Part shown: one piece after another, positions 9,263 to 17,564 of the stretch
How the letters are laid out: every line of letters starts with the position of its first letter
How positions within the stretch are numbered: position 1 is the stretch's first letter
Origin: an uncultured virus (IMG/VR IMGVR_UViG_3300042480_000533)
Taxonomy: Duplodnaviria > Heunggongvirae > Uroviricota > Caudoviricetes
DNA length: 64,000 nt
Strand: one strand, 5' to 3'
IMG/VR virus record: IMGVR_UViG_3300042480_000533
Program-made: the position numbers and the translations under genes
Notes under the pieces: model-generated
Told to the model about the DNA's origin: nothing
Databases searched by the model: none
Seen by the model: the letters and a program-made list of their open reading frames with translations, nothing else

Positions 9263-9334
9263 GGAGGGTTGCCTGAGCGGTCAAGGAGTCGGCATATAAC
9301 CGACCACAGACAGGTTCGACTCCTGTACCCTCTA
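9263..9334 (+). tRNA. tRNA-Ile(UAU)-like, atypical A33
   Basis: Acceptor GGAGGGT/ACCCTCT, anticodon arm GTCGG-CATATAA-CCGAC, T arm ACAGG-TTCGACT-CCTGT. Confidence 0.7.
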
Positions 9335-9339
9335 TTGTT

Positions 9340-9423
9340 GGATCTGTGGCTGGAATTGGCAGACGCAGCGGACTCAAAATCTGCTTCCTATACGGAGTGT
9401 GGGTTCGACTCCCACCAGATCCA
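9340..9423 (+). tRNA. tRNA-Leu(CAA)
   Basis: Acceptor GGATCTG/CAGATCC, anticodon arm GCGGA-CTCAAAA-TCTGC, long variable arm, T arm GTGGG-TTCGACT-CCCAC. Confidence 0.92.
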
Positions 9424-9540
9424 TTCTCTAGTATGCTGAGCCTAAATGCATAAAGAACTCTAGAGTCCAATCCCGAGGGACAACGACTTAGAGTTCACAG
9501 GAGGGGTTGCGTTTAATCCTTAGAAGAACGCACATGGTTA

Positions 9541-9609
9541 ACGATCTTAGTCTAAAATGGCAAGGCGGCATCGACGGATGCATTGTAGGTTCGACTCCTA
9601 CAGATCGTG
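9541..9609 (+). ncRNA. tRNA-like RNA with a 4-nt anticodon loop (no anticodon)
   Basis: Acceptor ACGATCT/AGATCGT, D arm GTCT..AGGC, GCATC-GACG-GATGC, T arm GTAGG-TTCGACT-CCTAC. Confidence 0.75.
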
Positions 9610-9614
9610 TTGTT

Positions 9615-9688
9615 ATTCCTGTAGCTCAACTGGATAGAGCAACAGCCTTCTAAGCTGTGGGTTACAGGTTCAAGTCCTGTCAGGAATG
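9615..9688 (+). tRNA. tRNA-Arg(UCU)
   Basis: Acceptor ATTCCTG/CAGGAAT, D arm GCTC..GAGC, ACAGC-CTTCTAA-GCTGT, T arm ACAGG-TTCAAGT-CCTGT. Confidence 0.93.
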
Positions 9689-9703
9689 TTAAGAGGAGTG
9701 TAT

Positions 9704-9937
9704 ATGACGACAACTGAGGAAATGCTAAATGCAATAGACAATGCCCGTATTTTTATGTACAGTTTGCTTGATCCCAAGCAGACACCAAGGGTTCCAAAAT
9801 CTGTAAGAAAATATGCAAGAGATAGGCTCAAACATTTTCCAACCGAGTACAACACCAACCGTCTTAGGTTTGTTGTTGAGTTTAACAAGCGACTTTCGGA
9901 TATCATAAAGGATTCTGTACATGTCTGTCCCTACTAA
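9704..9937 (+). CDS. Hypothetical protein (BPSL0761-like)
   Basis: LLDPK.TPRVPK.VR..A...LKHFP motif; GAGGAG SD. Confidence 0.7.
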   Translation: MTTTEEMLNAIDNARIFMYSLLDPKQTPRVPKSVRKYARDRLKHFPTEYNTNRLRFVVEFNKRLSDIIKDSVHVCPY

Positions 9938-10121
9938 ATTGTATATCGACCCACCATCTGGTTGGCGGTATGGCTTTCCTAAGCTAGCACCAGACAACCT
10001 TAGAGAAATGAACCAAGCTCAACTTAACAAGTGGTTCATTAAGAATGGATACCCAGAAACCAAACTCAACAGTTTTAAGTATGGAATGCCCTTCAGGGTA
10101 ATCGAAGGAGACTATGAATGA
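9921..10121 (+). CDS. Hypothetical phage protein
   Basis: IDPPSGWRYGFPK...W...GYP pattern. Confidence 0.65.
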   Translation: MSVPTKLYIDPPSGWRYGFPKLAPDNLREMNQAQLNKWFIKNGYPETKLNSFKYGMPFRVIEGDYE

Positions 10122-10351
10122 AGATGTTTGTTGTTCACTATAGAAAAGAATGGGAAGATAATTTCTTCCTTAACGAGTACGACATCCTTTTTGCAAATGA
10201 TGCCGACCAAGCAATGCAAATATACAAAGAGTCTTACAATAAAGACGAGTTTCTTGTAGCAATCTATGAGGCTAAACTGGTATGGAAACATTCACTTGAA
10301 ACCCTAACAGAACTAGACGAAGGGACTGATGGTTATGATGATGACTGTTGA
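10118..10351 (+). CDS. Hypothetical protein
   Basis: AAGGAG SD, ATGA coupling. Confidence 0.6.
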   Translation: MKMFVVHYRKEWEDNFFLNEYDILFANDADQAMQIYKESYNKDEFLVAIYEAKLVWKHSLETLTELDEGTDGYDDDC

Positions 10352-10520
10352 ACAATTAATTAAAGAACTTAACAATTATAAGAATAAAAAACAAGAGGTT
10401 CTTGTATTTTACATTGACATCGAAGAAGATTGTTATGAAGACGAACTTTATTCGTGTAACTGGGATGCTGTTTGGAATACTTTGACAACATCAGTAGACT
10501 CTTTTAGAAAGGAATCTTAA
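10329..10520 (+). CDS. Hypothetical protein
   Basis: MTVEQLIKEL-type N-terminus; exact start among several Mets is uncertain. Confidence 0.55.
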   Translation: MVMMMTVEQLIKELNNYKNKKQEVLVFYIDIEEDCYEDELYSCNWDAVWNTLTTSVDSFRKES

Positions 10521-10864
10521 TGAGCAACATCATCGAAGATCGCGGACGCGGATTCCTCATTGAGATTGGGGAAGAACTCTCTCGCCTCCACGCCGAGAAC
10601 TCCGCGCTCAAGGCAGAGGTCGCCGCGATGCAGAAGCAGCGCGACGATGCGGATGCAGAGTGCCGCGAGGCAAACGCTTCATGGTGTCGCGAGATCGAAG
10701 AATCCATCGACCTCAACCGAGAACTCGCATCCATGCGCGAGCAGCGCGACGAGGCGCGGCGGGAGATTTGTGAGTTGAGGGCTGATCTTCGCGTCAACCC
10801 TACCTGCAAGAGGCAGGTCGCCGACGAGCGCGGCTGGGACTGCTTTAAGGAGAAAGACAAGTGA
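10520..10864 (+). CDS. GC-rich coiled-coil protein related to the 814-1999 cassettes
   Basis: Shares three near-identical DNA blocks with 952-987, 1851-1873 and 1950-1983. Confidence 0.75.
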   Translation: MSNIIEDRGRGFLIEIGEELSRLHAENSALKAEVAAMQKQRDDADAECREANASWCREIEESIDLNRELASMREQRDEARREICELRADLRVNPTCKRQVADERGWDCFKEKDK

Positions 10865-11073
10865 GCAACGAAGTTTGGTATCTGTTGTTTGATGGCACAA
10901 GTGTTGACGGTACAGGACCTGGAAAATACATAGGACGCACAACCGACTATGAAGAAGCACGCAAGCATTATAAAAAGTGTGAGCACAACCCATACAGTGT
11001 GGGAAAAGTAGTCATTGTAACAGACACAAGACACGACCGTGCTTGGAGTGGAGATTGGGAGGTAAAGTCGTGA
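10861..11073 (+). CDS. Hypothetical protein
   Basis: GTGA overlap, AAGGAG SD. Confidence 0.6.
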   Translation: MSNEVWYLLFDGTSVDGTGPGKYIGRTTDYEEARKHYKKCEHNPYSVGKVVIVTDTRHDRAWSGDWEVKS

Positions 11074-11309
11074 GCGAAGGTAAACCCCACCGTGCGATTG
11101 TAGAAAAGTTTGGCAAGCAAAAACTTTGCAGAGTTACTGCGTATGGTGAACCACAGTCAAAGTACACGCTAGAACAAATCTTGTGGGTTGAGCGTGGAGA
11201 GTCCTTATATGCTATGCCTCATTACAAACCACCGTTCTGTGTTCTGTACCGAGAAGACTGGCTTTGGGGCAAAGATGTTGACAAAGAAAAATCAAATTCA
11301 TGGTTTTAG
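11070..11309 (+). CDS. Hypothetical protein
   Basis: GTG start after GGAGG, GTGA overlap. Confidence 0.55.
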   Translation: MSEGKPHRAIVEKFGKQKLCRVTAYGEPQSKYTLEQILWVERGESLYAMPHYKPPFCVLYREDWLWGKDVDKEKSNSWF

Positions 11310-11326
11310 GAAAGAAGATTTAATTC

Positions 11327-11605
11327 ATGGTAACAATTGAATACAATTTTGATGTTGACTTTGAGGGAGAGTTTTACTCTGGTGTTTTGGTTATTGATGC
11401 TTCTGTCGAAAAAGACCAGATGCTGTATGAAAATAACACAAGGCATATTTCTACTGTAAAGATTTTTGGTACTGAACTAGTGGAAATAAACCCAACACCA
11501 AGTGGGCCAAAAACACTAAACAATTTGATTGAAACAATCCTTAGTGTTGATGAAGAGAAAATAGAATCTAGAATTCTACAGGAGTGGAACAATGACAATT
11601 GTTGA
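11327..11605 (+). CDS. Hypothetical protein
   Basis: 92-aa ORF in a tightly packed operon. Confidence 0.6.
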   Translation: MVTIEYNFDVDFEGEFYSGVLVIDASVEKDQMLYENNTRHISTVKIFGTELVEINPTPSGPKTLNNLIETILSVDEEKIESRILQEWNNDNC

Positions 11606-12227
11606 GTATATTGATCATATGGGCACAGACGAAGATGTGTGCGATGCTGCACGGGTATCCATGAATAAGTCGGCTGACATGTTCGGTGTAAACCAAAACT
11701 GTAGGTTGATTGAATATCTGGCCAAGCACAATCACTGGAGTCCATTTGCACATGTCACCGTAAAGATGCGGTTCACTGCTCCGATCTTCATTGCTAGGCA
11801 GTTGGCCAAGCATCAAGTTGGGTTTGCGTGGAACGAAGTAAGCAGACGGTATGTCAAGAATGAGCCTAAGTTTTGGTGGACAAACCAGTTTAGAAACTCT
11901 GCTGACAACATCAAGCAGGGTTCGTCTTCTGAGATCAACAAGTTTGCCGATGACTTTGCCTCTAGCCTTGAGTTCATCAACAACTACACAAAGACGCTGT
12001 ATGAGAATGCAGTGACTAACGGCATCTGTCCAGAACAGGCAAGAGCCATCCTCCCACAGTCAATGATGACCGAGTGGATCTGGACTGGTTCATTGTATGG
12101 TTGGTCAAGAATGTACGCTTTACGGGCTGATCCGCATACCCAGAAAGAGACACAGGAATATGCACACCGAGTCGGGGAGATCTGTTCTAAGTATTTCCCA
12201 ATCAGTTGGAGAGCCTTGACATCATGA
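11592..12227 (+). CDS. thyX: FAD-dependent thymidylate synthase ThyX
   Basis: AARVS, H.SPF.H, PIFIARQL.KH...WNEVSRRY, EQAR.ILP. Confidence 0.95.
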   Translation: MTIVEYIDHMGTDEDVCDAARVSMNKSADMFGVNQNCRLIEYLAKHNHWSPFAHVTVKMRFTAPIFIARQLAKHQVGFAWNEVSRRYVKNEPKFWWTNQFRNSADNIKQGSSSEINKFADDFASSLEFINNYTKTLYENAVTNGICPEQARAILPQSMMTEWIWTGSLYGWSRMYALRADPHTQKETQEYAHRVGEICSKYFPISWRALTS

Positions 12228-12403
12228 AATACACCCCAGAAGAAGTAATGGTTTTGTTGGAAAATGCCATTGAGTTTAACCCGCATGAAAAACACCATGC
12301 TGGATATACAGCCAAGGAATTGCATATCATGGCCTACAGGGCTATCAAAGATATGCTAAAAGAAAGGAACAGCCAAAATGACAAGTCGCGTTACAGCTTC
12401 TAA
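12224..12403 (+). CDS. Hypothetical protein
   Basis: ATGA overlap with thyX. Confidence 0.5.
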   Translation: MKYTPEEVMVLLENAIEFNPHEKHHAGYTAKELHIMAYRAIKDMLKERNSQNDKSRYSF

Positions 12404-14087
12404 GAGGTGCCCAAAGTGTGCAGCCAGTGGTGGCGACACTTCTGGTGACAACCTAAAGGTGTATGACGATGGTCATGCTTATTGCTTTGCTTGTAATTTC
12501 TATGTGAAAGGAAACCAACCAACTATGGTTGAAGAGACTAGTTCGGTATTTGCGACAGAGTCGTTTAGGCAGGGTACCATCAAGGAGTTGCCGCATAGGC
12601 GGATCACAGAAGACACGGCCAAGCATTACGGCTATGCCACTGGGATCAATAACTCCGAGATTGAAAACTTCTATGGACCAGATGGAAAGATCCAAGCCCA
12701 GCATATTCGTTATGATGGCAAGAAGTTCGCGTGGATCGGTAACACGGACAACCTTCCGTTGTTTGGTCAGCATCTATTCAGTGCTGGTGGCAAGCGTCTC
12801 CTTATTACAGAAGGAGCTATTGACTGCTTGACTATGTCTCAGGTGTTTGGAAACAAGTACCCAGTTGTGTCGATCCCCAATGGAGTAAGCTCTGCTGTTC
12901 GTGCAATCAAGGACAACTACGAGTTTGTCTCTTCCTTTGAGACAATTGTTCTTTGCTTTGACATGGACGATCCTGGCCAAAAGGCTGTGCGAGATGTGGC
13001 CGAGATCCTTCCTGCTGGCAAGGTAAAGATCATTTCCCTGCCACGCAAGGATCCAAATGAAATGCTTGTACACGCAGAGCAGACCGCCCTTGTTCAGGCG
13101 TATTGGAATGCCAAAGGCTACAGTCCAGATTCTATTCTTCATGTAAGTGAGATCGTTGGCTCGGAGAACACGGAAAAGAATCTTGATGTCTTTGAGTATC
13201 CTTGGGATAGCCTGACTACATTCATGATCGGACAGGATAAGCGGCGGCTTAATCTTTGGACAAGCGCCACGGGTCATGGTAAGTCCACTATCATCAGAGA
13301 GCTTGTGGCCGATCACCTCAATGCTGGTCGTGCCGTAGGTGGTGTCTTCCTTGAAGAGTCCCCCGAACAGACCGTAGACGATCTAATCTCCCTTAAGATC
13401 GGCAAACCAGTGTCAAAAATCAAAGCCCAGCGAATCCTCAATGAACTCAGGTCAAAGAAAGGCAAGAGTCTAATTGACGAAGTAAATGACACGCTGACCG
13501 AAGAAGAGTACAATGCTGCCAGAGTAGAGATTAGTTCCAAACCACTGTATCTATATGACCACATCGGTAATGCAAATATCAACAACATCATCAACAGACT
13601 TGAGTACATGGCTATGGGTCTTGATTGTCAGGTCATTTTCCTTGATCACATCACCTTGCTCGGCAATATGCTGTTGTCCAGTGGATCTGATTTTGGTAAT
13701 GATGAGCGTCTGGTTCTTGACTCTGTCATGAAGAAATTAAGAGAGATCATTGAAAGAACCGACGTGACAATCCATGTAATTGCACATATCAAGAAGACCG
13801 ATAAGAATGTAGACGAGGGTGATAAAATCTCCCTAAGTGATCTTCGTGGTTCTGGTTCTCTTGGTCAGATCTCGGACAATGTGTTTGCCCTTGAGCGCAA
13901 TGCCCAGCACCCAGACCCCTTGATCAGGAACACAACCAACCTAAGGTGTCTTAAAAATCGTCGTGGTGGCCGTAGAGGCATCGCTTCTGCCTTGTGGTAC
14001 AATGAACAAACCAGCAAGCTGATCGAAGTACCGTTTACCATTACCCCTGAAAACGAGGTATTGTATAGACACGAACTTGTAATGTAA
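12378..14087 (+). CDS. DNA primase-helicase (T7 gp4-like)
   Basis: Zn finger CPKC...YCFAC, TOPRIM ITEGAID and FDMDDPG, Walker A TGHGKST, LDHI, LRGSG. Confidence 0.96.
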   Translation: MTSRVTASKRCPKCAASGGDTSGDNLKVYDDGHAYCFACNFYVKGNQPTMVEETSSVFATESFRQGTIKELPHRRITEDTAKHYGYATGINNSEIENFYGPDGKIQAQHIRYDGKKFAWIGNTDNLPLFGQHLFSAGGKRLLITEGAIDCLTMSQVFGNKYPVVSIPNGVSSAVRAIKDNYEFVSSFETIVLCFDMDDPGQKAVRDVAEILPAGKVKIISLPRKDPNEMLVHAEQTALVQAYWNAKGYSPDSILHVSEIVGSENTEKNLDVFEYPWDSLTTFMIGQDKRRLNLWTSATGHGKSTIIRELVADHLNAGRAVGGVFLEESPEQTVDDLISLKIGKPVSKIKAQRILNELRSKKGKSLIDEVNDTLTEEEYNAARVEISSKPLYLYDHIGNANINNIINRLEYMAMGLDCQVIFLDHITLLGNMLLSSGSDFGNDERLVLDSVMKKLREIIERTDVTIHVIAHIKKTDKNVDEGDKISLSDLRGSGSLGQISDNVFALERNAQHPDPLIRNTTNLRCLKNRRGGRRGIASALWYNEQTSKLIEVPFTITPENEVLYRHELVM

Positions 14088-14096
14088 GGAGATTAG

Positions 14097-15812
14097 ATGA
14101 AAGTTTATGCCTTTGACATCGAAGCAAATGGCCTCCATGAGATCATCAAGGAAAAGAAAGGCTATAAAAAAGAGTTTGACACCGTATGGTGTCTTTCTGT
14201 TGTTGATATAAACACAGGGGAATCCTTGTTGTTTGAGCGTGACAACATCTCCTATGGCGTTCAAATCCTAGAGGAAGCCAATGTAATTGTCGGTCACAAT
14301 ATCTATGGGTTTGACATACCCGCTTTAGTCAGGAAGTTTGGTTTTAAAATCAAAGATCCGTTCACCAATGTAGTAGACACGCTTATCCTTAGTCGTTTAA
14401 TCTACGGAGATGAGCCACCTACTGCTGACAACAGCCACTCTCTTGAGGCATGGGGCGAGTTTCTTGGTAACAAGAAAGACAATTACAAAGGCGGTTGGGA
14501 CGAATACTGTAGAGAAATGGGTGAGTATTGTGTTCAAGACTCTAGGGTTACCAAGGATCTTTATCATTTCCTGATGAAGGAAGCAAAGAAAAAGAATCTA
14601 ACAGACGAAGCCATGCGCCTTGAACATGTTGTTGCCAACATTGTTATGGGTCAGGTAGAGAATGGGTTTGCTTTTGATGTTGACGCAGCTGAAAAACTAG
14701 TAATGGAGCTACAATATGAGATTTGCCAAATCAACGACCAAATGCAAACGACATTCCAACCAATCGTCACTCCTAGATATCATAAGACGACTGGAAAACC
14801 CCTCAAGGACAAGGTCGAAGTTTTCAACCCAGGGAGCAGACAACAAATCGCAAAGAGGTTGTTTGAAAAGTATGAATGGGAAGCACCCGAAACAGAAAAA
14901 GGAAATCCAAAAGTCGATTATGAAGTTCTATCTAAGCTAGAGTACCCAGAGGCAAAGATTCTTTGTGAGTATTTCGACAAAGAAAAGCTCAAGTCTCAGG
15001 TAGAGGACTGGATTAACAGAGCTAACCTTTCTAGAGATGGTCGTATACACGGCCTTGTAAACACTCTTGGAGCTGTTACTGGTCGTATGTCTGCTAGGGA
15101 ACCAAACCTACAGAATGTCCATTCCGACCCAAGAGCAAGAGCTTGTTTTATTGCAAGCAAGGGTAAGAAAATAGTAGGTGCTGATCTCAAGGGTCTTGAA
15201 CTTAGAATGCTTGCTCATTACCTGTGGCCATACGATCAGGGTACTTATGTAAAGGAAGTAACCCAGGGCGATGTCCATGTCTTAAATCAAAAAGCCATGG
15301 GCGTAGAAGCCAGAGATACAGCAAAAACTGGTATTTACTGCTACCTGTATGGTGGTGGCGATGCCAAGTTTGCAAAGACCATTAAGACAACCGAGCACAA
15401 AGCAAGAAAAGTTAAAGAAAACTTGACAAACAATATCGTTGGATTAAAAAAAGTGGTTGAAAACTGCAAGTTTGATGCCATTGCCAACGGTTTTGTAAAG
15501 CCGTTTAACTGGAGACCTGTGTATGTAAGAAAGCAACACGCTGCCCTTAACACACTATTGCAATCATCTGGTGCTCATATTGCAAAAGCATGGTTGTGTA
15601 TTGCTGACAAGAACCTTAGGAATTCTAAACTTCCTTATAAATGGTTAGCAAATGTTCATGACGAGGTTCAGGTAGAAACCAATCCTGAACATGCTGAAGA
15701 AGTCGGTAAAATTATCTGCAAGGCCGCTACAATTGCTGGTGAATACTTCAGGTGTAGTTGCCCTATCGAAGCAGAATACAAAGTAGGAAACAACTGGTCG
15801 GAGACACACTAA
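14097..15812 (+). CDS. Family A DNA polymerase (T7 gp5-like)
   Basis: Exo motifs FDIEA, GHN...FD and Y..QD; TGRM...PNLQN; motif A DLKGLELR; motif B RDTAKTGIYCYLYG; motif C VHDE. Confidence 0.97.
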   Translation: MKVYAFDIEANGLHEIIKEKKGYKKEFDTVWCLSVVDINTGESLLFERDNISYGVQILEEANVIVGHNIYGFDIPALVRKFGFKIKDPFTNVVDTLILSRLIYGDEPPTADNSHSLEAWGEFLGNKKDNYKGGWDEYCREMGEYCVQDSRVTKDLYHFLMKEAKKKNLTDEAMRLEHVVANIVMGQVENGFAFDVDAAEKLVMELQYEICQINDQMQTTFQPIVTPRYHKTTGKPLKDKVEVFNPGSRQQIAKRLFEKYEWEAPETEKGNPKVDYEVLSKLEYPEAKILCEYFDKEKLKSQVEDWINRANLSRDGRIHGLVNTLGAVTGRMSAREPNLQNVHSDPRARACFIASKGKKIVGADLKGLELRMLAHYLWPYDQGTYVKEVTQGDVHVLNQKAMGVEARDTAKTGIYCYLYGGGDAKFAKTIKTTEHKARKVKENLTNNIVGLKKVVENCKFDAIANGFVKPFNWRPVYVRKQHAALNTLLQSSGAHIAKAWLCIADKNLRNSKLPYKWLANVHDEVQVETNPEHAEEVGKIICKAATIAGEYFRCSCPIEAEYKVGNNWSETH

Positions 15813-16033
15813 TGTCAAGAGATTATAAAGATGAGTACAAGAAGTTCCAATCCTCGGAAAAATCAAAAAAAGACCGAGCGCACCGTAACAAAGTTCGCCG
15901 CGAAGCCCTAAGAAAAGGTCGTGTTAAGAAAGGGGATGGCAAAGACATTGACCACAAAGATGGAAACCCTAGAAACAATAGTAGATCCAATCTTCGTGTG
16001 GTTTCCAGATCAACTAACAGGGCAAAAAGATGA
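15812..16033 (+). CDS. Small HNH endonuclease-like protein
   Basis: RDYK.EY...DIDHKDGNPRNN..SNLRV; TAATG coupling. Confidence 0.8.
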   Translation: MSRDYKDEYKKFQSSEKSKKDRAHRNKVRREALRKGRVKKGDGKDIDHKDGNPRNNSRSNLRVVSRSTNRAKR

Positions 16034-16242
16034 ACTCTGTTTTGTTTATGAAACAGGTAACCGACTTTATAGCAAAGCATTCGGACCATCCAATGATTGT
16101 TGAGTACAATAGAGGTAACATTGGGCTTGGGTATATCATTAGAAACTGGGACAAACTACAAAATGAGACTAATTCAAATCTCTGGAGTTGGGCGAGTTGG
16201 GAAGACAACCCTAGCTCATATGGTGTGCAAAGAAGCCTTTGA
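16030..16242 (+). CDS. Hypothetical protein
   Basis: ATGA overlap; its 3' end overlaps the kinase. Confidence 0.4.
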   Translation: MNSVLFMKQVTDFIAKHSDHPMIVEYNRGNIGLGYIIRNWDKLQNETNSNLWSWASWEDNPSSYGVQRSL

Positions 16243-16804
16243 ACTTGGATACAGACCAGTTATTATTCCTTTTGCAGATGCAATCAAAAAAGCCGCTGCC
16301 AAAAAAGGATTAACTAAAGAATCCAATAGTGAAGAGTACAGAAAGTTTTGCCAAAAGACTGGAGCTAGCAAGAGAAAGAAAAACCCAGATCATTGGGTGG
16401 ATGAAACAGAAAAGGCAATCCTTGAGTACATGGAAAAGGAAGTAAACAATAAACGTGAACTGCTCACTAACTGGGAATATGTTATTGTGCAAGATGATGT
16501 TCGGTACATGAACGAACTTGCCTTTGGTCGCAAGCTAGCTGCCATTCAGTTGTTTGTTTATGCGGGAGACCGTCAAATTCCCGAGCACAATGCAGAATGG
16601 AGAACACATGAATCGGAAACCCTGGCTAACCAAGTGTCGGCTTTTATGGGCATGGCTAACTCTGAGTACGACGATCTTTATGATGCCGTTCTATACAACT
16701 CAGGAACTTTAGAAGATCTAAAAGAAATGGTAAAAACCAATATCCAAGATTGGCTTAGTTCTTCTTGGATTGAATTAGAGGAAGACAATGGAAGCAATCC
16801 TTGA
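16163..16804 (+). CDS. Deoxynucleoside monophosphate kinase-like P-loop protein
   Basis: ISGVGRVGKTT, FADAIK, DDVRY.NE, HESE. Confidence 0.85.
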   Translation: MRLIQISGVGRVGKTTLAHMVCKEAFELGYRPVIIPFADAIKKAAAKKGLTKESNSEEYRKFCQKTGASKRKKNPDHWVDETEKAILEYMEKEVNNKRELLTNWEYVIVQDDVRYMNELAFGRKLAAIQLFVYAGDRQIPEHNAEWRTHESETLANQVSAFMGMANSEYDDLYDAVLYNSGTLEDLKEMVKTNIQDWLSSSWIELEEDNGSNP

Positions 16805-17564
16805 TGGAGATATCATAGCCTATAGGGCTGCGTTCTGGGCTGATGTAGAAGGCGTTGATGAACTACCTTACAGAATTAAAAAAGACATTGAATTGTGGAC
16901 ACCCAAAGGTTCTACAAATGTCATTGTTGCCATGTCTTGTCCTCGTTCCGATAATTTTAGACGAGACTTTTGGCCTAGGTACAAGCAACACAGAGATGAT
17001 TTCAAATCCCCAGATTCCATGAAGGTTGCTCTTGAGTGCATCTACAATACCTGTACAACACGCTGTGTTGCCAGACTAGAGGCAGATGACCTTATTGGCA
17101 TGCTTGTTAGTTCTGGTAGGGCAATTGGCGTAACGGTTGACAAAGACCTTAGACAGATTCCTGGGGTTCACTGGAACCCAGATAAGGAACCAGAACCCGT
17201 TACGGTATCCCAAGATGATGCTGATTTCTATTTTTATCAACAGTGGATGACTGGAGATACTACCGATAACATTTGGGGTTTATGGAAGATTGGTCCAGCC
17301 AAAGCCAAGAAACTTCTTATGCTAAAGCCAAGAGAAGCCTGGGATTCAATCATTATGTCAATGTACCAAGACGAAGACTGGGCTAAGCGGCCAGAAGAAA
17401 AGCGTCCTGTAGAAATGTACAGAGAAGAGTTTGCCTTGTCCCAGGCACGGTGCGTAAGAATCCTAAGGGACGGGGATTACAACAAAGAAACGGGGGAAAT
17501 TAAGTTATGGACCCCTAATAACAATGCAATTAGAGACATTTTGGAGAACAAGGATGAGCAATAA
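16788..17564 (+). CDS. 5'-3' exonuclease (T7 gp6-like)
   Basis: DGDIIAY, LEADD, DKDL.QIPG, GDTTDNI.G...IGP.KA. Confidence 0.92.
   Translation: MEAILDGDIIAYRAAFWADVEGVDELPYRIKKDIELWTPKGSTNVIVAMSCPRSDNFRRDFWPRYKQHRDDFKSPDSMKVALECIYNTCTTRCVARLEADDLIGMLVSSGRAIGVTVDKDLRQIPGVHWNPDKEPEPVTVSQDDADFYFYQQWMTGDTTDNIWGLWKIGPAKAKKLLMLKPREAWDSIIMSMYQDEDWAKRPEEKRPVEMYREEFALSQARCVRILRDGDYNKETGEIKLWTPNNNAIRDILENKDEQ

Noticed and set aside
9263..9334. Suppressor tRNA or alternative genetic code
   Set aside because: The centred anticodon is TAT, and genes translate full length under the standard code using all three stop codons.
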